From Chloroflexota bacterium (GTDB lineage Bacteria; Chloroflexota; UBA11872; VXNJ01), in NCBI GenBank assembly GCA_965261345.1, contig OZ253449.1, positions 2,112,001 to 2,176,000 of the forward strand: a stretch of 64,000 nt of DNA, read 5' to 3'. Positions 1 through 11,170 of the stretch are shown here, piece after piece (the first letter of the stretch is position 1; every line of letters begins with the position of its first letter). Both the position numbers and the translations under genes were made by a program. The notes beneath the pieces were generated by a model. It was given only the letters and a program-made list of their open reading frames with translations. It was not told the origin of the DNA and searched no databases.

Positions 1-411
1 CTGGAAGCCGGGATGGCCTTGCACGGCCATGAGCTGTCGCTGCAAATCAACCCCTATGAGGCCAATCTGGGCGGAGTCGTGCGCCTGACCAAGGGGCAAT
101 TTGCCGGCCGCGGGGCCCTGGTCCGGGTCCACGAGGATGGGCCCGCGCGCCGCCTTTACGGGTTGACAATGGACTCGCGTCAGATCGGTCGCGACGGCTA
201 TCGGATCGAAACTGAACACGGGCCCGGTTGGGTCACCTCGGGGAGTTATTCGCCGACCCTCAAACGCGGGATTGCGATGGCCTTTTTGCCCGCCGGTTGC
301 AAAATTGGCGATTCAGTTTCGGTGATGGTGCGCGGGACCCCGGCTCCGGCGACCCTCTGTGAATTGCCCTTCTATTCAAATGTGCGGCGCTGGCGTGCCA
401 AACCCGCGTAA
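1..411 (+). CDS. gcvT: Glycine cleavage system T protein (aminomethyltransferase), C-terminal part; 5' end outside window
   Basis: LHGHEL...NPYEANLG, G.VTSGSYSPTLKRGIAMA and ELPFY motifs; directly upstream of gcvH-gcvPA-gcvPB. Confidence 0.93.
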   Translation: MEAGMALHGHELSLQINPYEANLGGVVRLTKGQFAGRGALVRVHEDGPARRLYGLTMDSRQIGRDGYRIETEHGPGWVTSGSYSPTLKRGIAMAFLPAGCKIGDSVSVMVRGTPAPATLCELPFYSNVRRWRAKPA

Positions 412-456
412 AACGCTTAACCCAATTTGAGGCGTACAGATGCGACCATGTTTTAA

Positions 457-829
457 ATGAGTCCCCAAGACCGCCGCTATTCGCGCGAACACGAATGGGT
501 TAAGGACCAGAATGATGGAACCGTCGCAATCGGGATAACCGACTACGCTCAGAACGAGCTGGGCGACGTCGTCTTTGTCGAACTGCCTTCGCTCGGGAGC
601 CAGTTGGCGCAGATGCAATCGTTCGGCGTTGTCGAATCGGTCAAAGCAGTTTCGGATCTCTATTGCCCGGTGACCGGGCGGGTAGTTGCCATAAACCCGG
701 ATTTGGAAATGGCTCCGGAGAAAGTCAACGATGATCCGTTCGGCGCCGGTTGGATGATCCGGGTAGAGTGCTCGGACCGCGCCGAAATCGATCAGTTGCT
801 AGATGCTGATGCCTACGACGCGTTGCTAG

Positions 830-846
<17 letters not shown>
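457..846 (+). CDS. gcvH: Glycine cleavage system H protein
   Basis: YSREHEW, GITDYAQNELGDVVFVELP, lipoyl-Lys motif VESVKAVSDLY. Confidence 0.97.
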
Positions 847-2175
<1,329 letters not shown>

Positions 2176-2179
<4 letters not shown>

Positions 2180-3630
2180 GGCGGACCGAACCGGTCATCT
2201 ACGAACTGAGCGAGCCCGGGCGCTGCGGAGTGGCCCTCCCCGCGCCCGACCCGACGCTCGACCCGGCCGATCTGCTGCCGGCCGATCAACTGCGATCCGA
2301 TCTGCCGCTGCCGCAGGTCTCGCAAGTTGACGTGGTCCGCCATTTTGTGCGGCTCTCGCAGCGCAATTTTTCAATCGATACCGACATGTATCCGCTGGGC
2401 TCCTGCACGATGAAGCAGAACCCCAAGATCAACGAGGCGACCGCTCGCTTGGAGGGGTTTAACCGGATCCATCCGGGGCAGGGCGACGATCAGATCCAGG
2501 GAGCCCTGGAGCTGCTGTATCGACTGGCTGGCCAGTTGAAGGGCATTGCCGGGTTCGCCGCCGCCTCGCTCCAGCCGGCCGCCGGCGCACAGGGGGAATT
2601 TGCCGGCCTGCTGCTAATCCGGGCCCACCATAGGGAAAATGGCCAGGATCGCCGTCGGGTCCTGATCCCCGATTCGGCGCACGGAACCAATCCGGCCAGC
2701 GCGGCGATGTGCGGCTTGGACTCGGTGGCCGTCCCCTCCGATTCCTCGGGTGAAATCGACTTTGCGGCGTTGATCAAACAGCTCGACCAGTCGGTCGCCG
2801 CAATCATGATGACGGTTCCCAACACCCTGGGGATCTTTGAAACCAAGATCGCCGAGGTCTGCCGGGCTGCCCACGCCGTCGGTGCCCAGGTATATTGCGA
2901 CGGGGCCAACATGAATGCGATGCTGGGGCGGGTGCGACCGGGCGATCTGGGCATCGACGTGATGCACCTAAACCTGCATAAAACGTTCTCCACCCCGCAT
3001 GGCGGCGGCGGCCCGGGCGCCGGCGCGCTCTGTTGCGCCGAGCACCTTGCCGCCTACCTACCCAGTCCGCTGGTGGCCAGACGCCCCGACGGGACCTTTT
3101 ACCGGGATTTCAACCGTCCCCAATCAATCGGGCAAGTCCACTCGCACCTCGGAAACTTCGGCAACCTGGTCCGCGCCTACACGTACATATGTTCCAATGG
3201 CGAGTCGGGCCTAAAGGCCATCGCCGACAATGCCGTCCTAAACGCCAACTATGTGCGGGTCAGCCTCCAGGACGATTACGAATTGGCCCACGATCGGGTC
3301 TGCATGCACGAGGTTGTTTTTTCCGGGTCGCGGCAGAAGCGCCAGGGAGCGAGCACCCTCGATATTGCCAAAGCTCTCATCGACCACGGCTTCCATCCGC
3401 CCACCGTGTATTTCCCGCTGGTGGTCAAGGAGGCACTCATGATCGAGCCGACCGAGACCGAATCACGGCAATCGCTGGACCGATTCATTGCCGCCATGCG
3501 GGCGATTGCCCACGATGCCGCAACCGACCCTGAAAAACTGCGCCAAGCGCCGGTGACGGCCCCGGTTCGCCGTCTAAACGAGGCCCGCGCCGCCAGGTCA
3601 CCCAACCTGCGCTACGTTCCAGAACAATGA
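2176..3630 (+). CDS. gcvPB: Glycine dehydrogenase (decarboxylating) subunit 2
   Basis: YPLGSCTMK, SAHGTNPASA, PLP-Lys motif HLNLHKTFSTPHGGGGPG, MIEPTETES; ATGA overlap with gcvPA. Confidence 0.97.
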
Positions 3631-3706
3631 ACGAGATCTGGTCGCTCGCACTGACCAGACGTTGGGCCGGGTGAGTCGCGGCCGCAGGCCCAAGGACCGT
3701 GGCGGT

Positions 3707-4891
3707 ATGCCGCGGCGGATTGCCCATTTCGACCTCGATCAATTTTTCGTGGCAGTAGAACGGGTCGCCAACCCGAGTTTGGTCGGAAAACCGGTAATCG
3801 TCGGTCACGACGGCCCGCGTGGGGTGGTGGCCACCGCCTCGTATGAGGCCCGCCGATTCGGTGCCCATTCGGCCCAGCCGATGGCCGAGGCCCGCCGCCG
3901 GTGCCCACAGGCGATCGTGGTTGCGCCGAATCGGCGGGCCTATCTGGCGGCCTCGGCGGTTTTTCACCAGATATTGCTAAGCCACGCCCCGCTGGTCGAC
4001 CCCGGCGGCCTCGACGAAGCCTATGCCGACCTGACCGGGATAGATGCCGGTGACCTGGGCGGTTCGGCCCGGGCGGCCCAGGCGGTGCGGCGCGCGGTGG
4101 CCGAGGAGCTGCAGGTGGCGGTATCGGTGTGCATTGCCAGCGGCCGCTGTACCGCCAAGGTCGGTTCCGATCTGATCAAACCCGATGGGCTGCTGGAAGT
4201 TCCTCCGGGTGACGATGCCAAATTCCTGCGCCCGCTGCCAGTAAGCAAACTTCCCGCGGTGGGCCCGCAGTTTGCCGGGCAGCTTGAACGGTCCGGAATA
4301 CTAACGGTCGGCGACGCCGCCGCGCGACCCAAGGACTGGCTGATTGCCAAATTTGGGCGCCGCGGGGGAGAACTGTCGGATCGCTCGCAGGGAATCGACC
4401 CGACTCCAGTTCGCGGCCGGCCGGAGCCGGCCAAACAGGTCTCGCGCGAGCAAACTTTCCAAGTCGACTGCGACTCGATTGTGAGCCTGCAGGAGACGCT
4501 GCGCGAACTGGCCGATTCGGTCGCCGCCGACCTGCGAGGGCTGGACCGCCGGGCCAGGACGGTCAGCATCAAAGTCCGCTGGCCCGATTTTTCGACGATT
4601 TCGCGTTCGCAGACGCTGCCCGAACCGGTATTCGACTCTGCCTCTGTGTACGGTGCAGCCCGGACCCTGCTGGCCCGAATCATGCGTTCGGGCGGCTTTC
4701 GCCCGGTGCGGCTGATTGGGGTGGCGGCGGCCAATCTGGAACCGGGTATTCGCCAATTAAAGTTGCCCGAACTGGCGCCACTCGAGCGAGATTTCCAAAA
4801 ACGGCGGCGTGATGAGCGCCGTGACCTGGCAATTGACGCGATCCGGCAACGCTTTGGGCCGGATGCAGTTCGGCGTGGCCCCGGCGGTTGA
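3707..4891 (+). CDS. dinB: DNA polymerase IV (Y-family)
   Basis: IAHFDLDQFFVAVE, GVVATASYEARRFG, LDEAYADL, AKVGSDLIKPDG, VRLIGV; start placed at ATG 3707. Confidence 0.93.
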   Translation: MPRRIAHFDLDQFFVAVERVANPSLVGKPVIVGHDGPRGVVATASYEARRFGAHSAQPMAEARRRCPQAIVVAPNRRAYLAASAVFHQILLSHAPLVDPGGLDEAYADLTGIDAGDLGGSARAAQAVRRAVAEELQVAVSVCIASGRCTAKVGSDLIKPDGLLEVPPGDDAKFLRPLPVSKLPAVGPQFAGQLERSGILTVGDAAARPKDWLIAKFGRRGGELSDRSQGIDPTPVRGRPEPAKQVSREQTFQVDCDSIVSLQETLRELADSVAADLRGLDRRARTVSIKVRWPDFSTISRSQTLPEPVFDSASVYGAARTLLARIMRSGGFRPVRLIGVAAANLEPGIRQLKLPELAPLERDFQKRRRDERRDLAIDAIRQRFGPDAVRRGPGG

Positions 4892-4928
4892 GAACCCTTG
4901 ACCGGAGCCGTGTGAGGAGAGAGGCTTC

Positions 4929-6500
4929 ATGCTTCCCTTAAGCAAGTCGCGCTATATTGCCGGTCGCCAGTGCCCGCTGCAGCTCTGGTACCGCGCCTTC
5001 GATCCGCTGCCGGAACCGGCCGAGCCGCTCCTGCTGGAGGGCGCCGAACCCCAGGCTCGGCGTCTGTTTCCCGGTGGCGTGCTGGCCGGCGCCGACGGAG
5101 ATCCAATCCCGCTGCGAATAGAGCGTACCCAAGCCCTGATTGATGATCCCGCCTGTCCGGCAATCTTTGAGGCGACCATCGCGGCCGGTGAGTTGCTGGC
5201 CACTGTAGACATCCTCCGGCGGGTCACCGGCGGATGGGACCTTATCGAGGTCAAGTCGGCCACCACCTTTGATCCGACCAAGAATTCGCTCAAGGCCAAG
5301 CCCTACATTAAGTACGATGCCGCCTTTCAACGCGAGGTCCTGCGGCGCGCCGGGTTGCCGCCGCAAAAGGTCTGGATCTACCACCTCAACGGCGAATACG
5401 AGCTTGCCGGCAAGCTCGACTACCAGGCGCTTTTCTTACAGCGCGACATTACTGAAGAATGCAAAAAGCTGGCCGATACGGTGATCGCCGACATCGAACA
5501 ACTCACCGCCCTAAGGCCCGACGATCAGCCTGATGCGGAACCTGGCGCCCGCTGTAATTCCCCTTTTGATTGCGAATTCAAATCGCGCTGCAGGGTCAGA
5601 AAACCCAAATATTGGACTTACTCACACCTCCACAACCTAAATGCCGCCCATTTCCGGGCATTGCGCGCCGAATCGGCTGAATCGGTGCTCGATCTAGATG
5701 AGAGCAATACCGCCGCCCTGCCGCCCCGGGCGCGCGCCAAGCACCTGCGCTTTCGCGATGTCTACCGCAGCGGGCGCCCATATTTGTCGCCGCATTTGCA
5801 ATCGGAACTGTCCGCGCTTGGCCCACCCACCGCCTACCTGGATTTTGAGACGATCGCGCCGGAGATCCCCTCGCATGAGGGGACCCGCCCACACAGTCAG
5901 ATCCCCTTCCAGTATTCGTTGCACCATTGGGACGGGCGGGAGTTGGTGCACCGCAAATTCCTTGCCAGCGGCGAAGGCGATCCGCGTCGGTGCTTGGCCA
6001 GGCAGCTGGTTGATGACCTGGCGGGATTTGCAGACTGTCCGGTCGTAGCTTATGCAGCCAATTTCGAGGCCGCGCGACTAAGCGAACTAGCGGCGCTGGT
6101 GGAGGCGGAAGATCCCGCCCTCGCGCGCAGATTAGCCGAGATCAAGTACCGCCTCAAAGACCTTGCCCCGATCGTTCGCGACAACATCGTGGCGGCCGGT
6201 TTTGGCGGGTCCTATTCGATGAAGTCGATCGCCCCCGCGATATTGGGTCCGGCGGCCGACTATGCCGGACTTGAAATCGCCGACGGCCGGGCGGCGGCAT
6301 CGACCTTTGGCCAGATCATCGAGGGCCAATATTCCGGACGGGATCTGTACCGCCAGCGCCAGGCCCTGTTGACCTATTGCCGCCGCGACACACTCCATCT
6401 CCACCAGATCCACCAAAAATTGGGCGAGACCGCCGAACTTGTCCGGGCGCTGACGAAACCGCCGGCCAGGTGCGACCGACGCTTCAACGATTCGCAATGA
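4929..6500 (+). CDS. DUF2779-family protein: N-terminal PD-(D/E)XK nuclease-like domain with four Cys, C-terminal RNase H-like domain
   Basis: LSKSRY...QCPLQLW, IFEA, DIL...LIEVKS, CNSPFDCEFKSRC, YLDFET, IPFQYSLH, GSYSMK, LLTYCRRDT; GAGGAG upstream. Confidence 0.75.
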   Translation: MLPLSKSRYIAGRQCPLQLWYRAFDPLPEPAEPLLLEGAEPQARRLFPGGVLAGADGDPIPLRIERTQALIDDPACPAIFEATIAAGELLATVDILRRVTGGWDLIEVKSATTFDPTKNSLKAKPYIKYDAAFQREVLRRAGLPPQKVWIYHLNGEYELAGKLDYQALFLQRDITEECKKLADTVIADIEQLTALRPDDQPDAEPGARCNSPFDCEFKSRCRVRKPKYWTYSHLHNLNAAHFRALRAESAESVLDLDESNTAALPPRARAKHLRFRDVYRSGRPYLSPHLQSELSALGPPTAYLDFETIAPEIPSHEGTRPHSQIPFQYSLHHWDGRELVHRKFLASGEGDPRRCLARQLVDDLAGFADCPVVAYAANFEAARLSELAALVEAEDPALARRLAEIKYRLKDLAPIVRDNIVAAGFGGSYSMKSIAPAILGPAADYAGLEIADGRAAASTFGQIIEGQYSGRDLYRQRQALLTYCRRDTLHLHQIHQKLGETAELVRALTKPPARCDRRFNDSQ

Positions 6501-6528
6501 TTAAGGCCGATTGCGGGAGAGCTGGCCG

Positions 6529-7422
6529 CTACTGCGTCTGGGCGAGGTTGTAACGTTCAGTGACTAGGACCGTCAGGTTTTGGGCCAGTAGCTCGTTGGT
6601 GACCGGACCGACCCCTCCGGGAACCGGAGTGATCGCGGCGGCCACCTGTGAGACCTCGTCAAAACAGACATCGCCGACCGGGCGGCCCGCAACGTACTCG
6701 AAACCGGCATCAACTACCACCGCGCCGGGCTTGACCATTGCGGCGGTGACCGAATGCGCTCGCCCAGTGGCGGCCACCAGGATGTCGGCCGAGCGGGTCA
6801 ATCGCCCAAGGAGCGCACTGTCGGTATGCGAATGACACACCGTAACCGTGGCATTTCGCTTGAGCAGTAACCACGAGACCGGGCGCCCGATGTTGGCGCT
6901 GCGCCCGATAACGACCACTCGACGTCCGGGAATCTGGATCTGGTAATGATCGAGGATGCGCAGGACGGCCCCGGCCGTCGGCGGTGCCAACTCGGACAGC
7001 CCCAGCGCCAGGTCCATGATCCGCCGCGGCGAAATGCACTCTAAGTCCAGGTGCGTCCGCACCGCGGCCAGGTAAGGAAGATGGCGCCCGCCCGCCAAGT
7101 CGATCGCAAATGCCTCGGGCAGAGGCTTTAATATGATCAGCCCGTGGAGGTGCGGATCAGTCTGCAGCTCACGCAATCGCCGGTAGACCTGGTCGCGGTC
7201 GACATCGGCCGGAAATTCGTGGGCGCGTACCGGAATCGCGTAACGATCGAAGTTTTTCCGGATGGTCCGCAGATAGGTTTCCGAACCGGCCTCGCTGCCC
7301 ACCTTCAGCACGGCGATTTCCATGTCGCCGTGGTCCCAGCGCACCTTATCGAAAAATTCTTGGTAGTTGGCGCGCATCGAACGCGCCAATGCACGGCCGT
7401 TTAGCAATTTGGAATGCTGCAC
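6529..7422 (-). CDS. folD: Methylenetetrahydrofolate dehydrogenase (FolD family), probably monofunctional
   Basis: VVVIGRSANIGRP, NATVTVCHSHT, ITPVPGGVGPVT; GTG start. Confidence 0.9.
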   Translation of the reverse strand: MQHSKLLNGRALARSMRANYQEFFDKVRWDHGDMEIAVLKVGSEAGSETYLRTIRKNFDRYAIPVRAHEFPADVDRDQVYRRLRELQTDPHLHGLIILKPLPEAFAIDLAGGRHLPYLAAVRTHLDLECISPRRIMDLALGLSELAPPTAGAVLRILDHYQIQIPGRRVVVIGRSANIGRPVSWLLLKRNATVTVCHSHTDSALLGRLTRSADILVAATGRAHSVTAAMVKPGAVVVDAGFEYVAGRPVGDVCFDEVSQVAAAITPVPGGVGPVTNELLAQNLTVLVTERYNLAQTQ

Positions 7423-7424
7423 TA

Positions 7425-8054
7425 TCAGCCCACTTCCAGGTACAGGGTTATTTCACGCAATGCCCGCGAAGCCGCGGCTGCAAGATCAGTCCATTCGGAA
7501 GTTTGGCCGTCGCTTGGGCAATAGGCAAGGTTGGAATTGAGATTGGCCAGGGCTATGGCCGATGCAACCGCACCCAGACGGGCACCGCCACCGGCGTCAT
7601 TGAGCAGGTGCCGATTCCCTTTTGCAACCGTCAATTCGCCGGCCCGCTGCACTATTTGTCCAACTTCCACTATCTCTGCTGACGTCGCCGCCGAGGCCTT
7701 GGCGGCACTGGCCAGGGCGACGCGACGCTCCTTCCGTTGAAAATTGGTTTTCCGGGGTAGGGAGTTCGCGTCGGCGAACAGTTGGTAAGCCCGCGCGTCT
7801 TCGTCGACTGCAACCAGCGCCCTGGAGCGAGCCGCCGCACATTCGTCCCGGGCCTTCCGCAGTTGGTCTTGAGCGACTCCGGGCCCGGTCCGGGGCAGAG
7901 AAAATTCAATTGCCATCTGAACCATCGCGGCCCCTAGCGCCGCCGCCGCGGCGGCGGCCGAACCGCCGCCTGGAGTGGGAGTGGCGGAGGCCAGTTGCCG
8001 GCAAAAAGTGGCCAGTGCGGCATTGTGCTCGCGCGGGTCTTGATCCTCAATCAA
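7425..8054 (-). CDS. Formiminotransferase-cyclodeaminase C-terminal / methenyl-THF cyclohydrolase (FchA-like)
   Basis: LASATPTPGGGSAAA, VDEDARAY, GNRHLLNDA, NLNSNL; start placed at TTG 8054 after AAGGA; 2-bp gap to folD. Confidence 0.82.
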   Translation of the reverse strand: MIEDQDPREHNAALATFCRQLASATPTPGGGSAAAAAAALGAAMVQMAIEFSLPRTGPGVAQDQLRKARDECAAARSRALVAVDEDARAYQLFADANSLPRKTNFQRKERRVALASAAKASAATSAEIVEVGQIVQRAGELTVAKGNRHLLNDAGGGARLGAVASAIALANLNSNLAYCPSDGQTSEWTDLAAAASRALREITLYLEVG

Positions 8055-8119
8055 ATCCTTGCCTGCCCGCTTGAGTAAATTTCGATTGCCGCATCCGCAG
8101 CGAAGGGTCCAAATAGAGT

Positions 8120-9055
8120 TTGAATGATCATTTTGTCGTCGGGCAGACTGGTCGGCAAGCGGCGAAGGGCAGCCCGCCGCTGATCGCCCTAGTCGGACCA
8201 ACCGCCAGCGGCAAAAGCGCCTTGGCGGTCCAGCTCTGCCGGCAAATCAACGGTGCGATTATCTCGGCCGATTCCCGCCAGATATACCGCGGACTAGACA
8301 TCGGCACGGCCAAGCCGGGCGTTAACGAGCGATGTGGAATCGATCACTACCTCTTAGACATTCGGGCGGTCGATGAACATTACTCGCTCCACGATTTTTT
8401 GATCGATGCCAATGCGGCTATTGTGCAGATCAGATCGCGCCGCCAACAGCCGGTCGTCGTGGGCGGAACCGGGTTGTACGTCCAGGCGTTGCTGGAAGGT
8501 TTTCATCCCGGACCGATCGACCGGCAGGTCCGCGCCATGCTCGAAGCAGAACTGGCCTCCAAGGGATTGCCGGCGCTGCGGGAACGCCTCAGTTCGCTAG
8601 AGGCGGCGATATCGGCAACCGTTGACCGGAATAACCCGCGCCGCGTCATCAGGGCCATTGAGCAAACACTGGCCGATCACGGCCAGGACGGTCCCAATTG
8701 GCCCGATCACCCGGCAAAGGTACTCGGCATAGCCTATCCGTCCGCATGCCGGGCGGCGCGCATAGGCCAACGAACCGACCAGATGCTTGCCGCCGGGTTG
8801 CTCGATGAGGTCCGTCGGGTGCTATACAGCTACGGTCGGTTGCCGATTCTGGCGTCCTCGATTGGATATCGCGAATGCGCCGAATATCTGTTGGGGTCAA
8901 TCGACTTGCCGACCGCCCGCGACCGGATAGTTGTGGCCACCCGCCGGTACGCACGCCGGCAAATGACGTTCCTGAGAAATAAAATTCAGGTCCAATGGCT
9001 CGAATGCGATCGCCCGCTGCTGGCCCAGGCCCTAGATTTGATCAACCGGCACTAG
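8120..9055 (+). CDS. miaA: tRNA dimethylallyltransferase
   Basis: GPTASGKS, IISADSRQIYRGLDIGTAKP, VGGTGLY, NPRRVIRA, TRRYARRQ. Confidence 0.96.
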   Translation: MNDHFVVGQTGRQAAKGSPPLIALVGPTASGKSALAVQLCRQINGAIISADSRQIYRGLDIGTAKPGVNERCGIDHYLLDIRAVDEHYSLHDFLIDANAAIVQIRSRRQQPVVVGGTGLYVQALLEGFHPGPIDRQVRAMLEAELASKGLPALRERLSSLEAAISATVDRNNPRRVIRAIEQTLADHGQDGPNWPDHPAKVLGIAYPSACRAARIGQRTDQMLAAGLLDEVRRVLYSYGRLPILASSIGYRECAEYLLGSIDLPTARDRIVVATRRYARRQMTFLRNKIQVQWLECDRPLLAQALDLINRH

Positions 9056-9056
9056 G

Positions 9057-9953
9057 TTGGCCGTCACGAGAGATAACGCTTTGCAATTTACCAAGCTTGA
9101 AGGGGCCGGCAACGACTTTGTACTAGTCGACGCCCGCACCGAATCCGCTCCCGATTGGGGGGCGCTGGCCAGATCGATCTGCGATCGACACTTCGGCGTT
9201 GGTGCCGACGGCATCCTGCTGGTCCAAGGGGCCGTGGGCATCGATCTCGAGATGGCAATGTTCAACCCCGACGGCTCACCATCGGCAATGTGCGGCAACG
9301 GTATCCGCTGTTTTGCCAAGTACCTCCATGATCGAGGCGAAGTCGGTGATGACCAGGTCGCGGTCAAGACCGGTGCCGGACCGGTTTGGTTCCAGGTTGC
9401 CAGAGCAAACGGCCCAAGCTTCACGGTGGCGACCTCGCTTGGGGTGCCCGACCTAGACGCAGAGGCGGTTCCGACCAATTTGGCCGACGATATGGCCATT
9501 GAGGTGCCGGTGCGAATTGGTGGTCAGGATCTGGAACTTACCTGCGTGAGCATGGGTAACCCGCACGCCGTGGCCCGCGTCGATAGTGTGGATGATTTCG
9601 ATCTGGCGCGCATCGGCCCGTTGGTGGAAAATCACCCGGCATTCCCCGAACGCACCAACTTCGAGATCTACTGCCCAGTGCCAGATGAGACCGGCCCGCG
9701 CCTGCGAATGCGGGTATGGGAGCGTGGCGCCGGGATCACCCTGGCCTGCGGGTCGGGCGCGGCGGCCACGGCGGCCGCGGCCATGAAAACCGGTGCGATT
9801 GAATTTGGACGGGTTGACCTAACGGCCGACGGCGGCCGCCTGACGGCCGAATGGGACCACGAACATGATGATCTAATACTTGCCGGCCCGGCCAGTACCG
9901 TCTTTTCGGGCCATTGGCCAGCCGGTTGCAATCCCCGGGCATCGCAACCATAG
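9057..9953 (+). CDS. dapF: Diaminopimelate epimerase
   Basis: GAGNDF, DRHFGVGADG, NPDGS..MCGNGIRC, SMGNPH, VWERGAGITLACGSG. Confidence 0.96.
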   Translation: MAVTRDNALQFTKLEGAGNDFVLVDARTESAPDWGALARSICDRHFGVGADGILLVQGAVGIDLEMAMFNPDGSPSAMCGNGIRCFAKYLHDRGEVGDDQVAVKTGAGPVWFQVARANGPSFTVATSLGVPDLDAEAVPTNLADDMAIEVPVRIGGQDLELTCVSMGNPHAVARVDSVDDFDLARIGPLVENHPAFPERTNFEIYCPVPDETGPRLRMRVWERGAGITLACGSGAAATAAAAMKTGAIEFGRVDLTADGGRLTAEWDHEHDDLILAGPASTVFSGHWPAGCNPRASQP

Positions 9954-9994
9954 CCGATATCATCCGGAATTCAAGCAGCTTTAAGCGAGTCAAC

Positions 9995-11170
9995 TTGAGC
10001 ATCAACCCCGAAAATCTGTTGGCCCAGCGCATTGCCGAACTGCCGCCTTACCTTTTCGCCCGACTCGACGCTTTGCGTGCGCAAAAAGCCGCCCAGGGAG
10101 TCGACGTTATCCCGGTCAGCATCGGCGATCCGGACCTCCCGACCCCCTCCACGGTGGTTGACCGGCTGCGCGAAGCGGCCACCAATCCGGCCTACCACCG
10201 CTACAACGAGACCGCGATCCCTCAATTTCGGCAGGCCATTGCCGATTGGTACCGTCGTCGCTTCGGAGTCGATCTGGATCCGAACCGTGAGATCGTCCCG
10301 CTGATCGGCTCCAAGGAAGGAATAGCCCACCTACCAATCGCCCTGGTCAATCCCGGAGACCTGGTGCTGGTCCCCGATCCCGGATATCCGGTATATGCGA
10401 TCGGGACCCAACTGGTTGGCGGCCAGGTGGCTCGGCTGGAGCTCCGCCGAGAAGCCGGGTGGACCCCCGATCTGGGTGCCGTCGCAGCCGCCGACCGGGC
10501 CGCCGCCAAGCTGCTGTGGCTCAACTACCCGAACAACCCGACCGCGGCGAGCGGGTCAACCGAATTCTTCCGCGAAGCACTCAACTTCTGCCGCCGCCAC
10601 GAAATCCTGCTCTGTCAGGACGCGGCCTACTCGGAGGTGACCTTTGACGGATTCGAGGCTTCCAGCGTCCTGTCTCTGCCTGGCGCGATGGGGCATTGCG
10701 TGGAATTCCACTCACTTTCCAAGACGTACAACATGACCGGCTGGCGGGTCGGCTGGGCGGCCGGCAATGCCGATGTAATCGAGGCCCTTGGGCGCATCAA
10801 GAGCAATCTCGACTCAGGGATGTTTGCGGCGGTCGAGGCGGCTGGTGTGGCCGCCCTGGAGTTGCCCACGCAGTGGATCCGGAAGCGCAATCTGGTATAC
10901 CAGAATCGGCGCGATCGGGTGGTCGCGGCTCTCCGCAATATGGGGCTTGAACCTGAAGTTCCGGCCGCCAGCCTGTACGTTTGGACGCCGGTGCCGCGCG
11001 GGTACGATTCCTCCTCCTGGGCTGCCCACGTAATTGACGAGGTCGGAGTTATCGTGACTCCGGGGCTGGGATTCGGGCCGGGTGGGGACGGCTACTTTCG
11101 GATTTCGCTCACCACTCCCGACGCGCGCCTTGACGAGGCGATGGACCGGCTGGCAACCCTATCGCACTGA
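9995..11170 (+). CDS. dapL: LL-diaminopimelate aminotransferase (class I PLP aminotransferase)
   Basis: LPPYLFA, LIGSKEGIAH, LNYPNNPT, EFHSLSKTYNMTGWRVG; follows dapF; start placed at TTG 9995. Confidence 0.85.
   Translation: MSINPENLLAQRIAELPPYLFARLDALRAQKAAQGVDVIPVSIGDPDLPTPSTVVDRLREAATNPAYHRYNETAIPQFRQAIADWYRRRFGVDLDPNREIVPLIGSKEGIAHLPIALVNPGDLVLVPDPGYPVYAIGTQLVGGQVARLELRREAGWTPDLGAVAAADRAAAKLLWLNYPNNPTAASGSTEFFREALNFCRRHEILLCQDAAYSEVTFDGFEASSVLSLPGAMGHCVEFHSLSKTYNMTGWRVGWAAGNADVIEALGRIKSNLDSGMFAAVEAAGVAALELPTQWIRKRNLVYQNRRDRVVAALRNMGLEPEVPAASLYVWTPVPRGYDSSSWAAHVIDEVGVIVTPGLGFGPGGDGYFRISLTTPDARLDEAMDRLATLSH

Noticed and set aside
3600-3706. LexA box upstream of dinB
   Set aside because: Only GAAC half-sites; no GAAC-N4-GTTC palindrome
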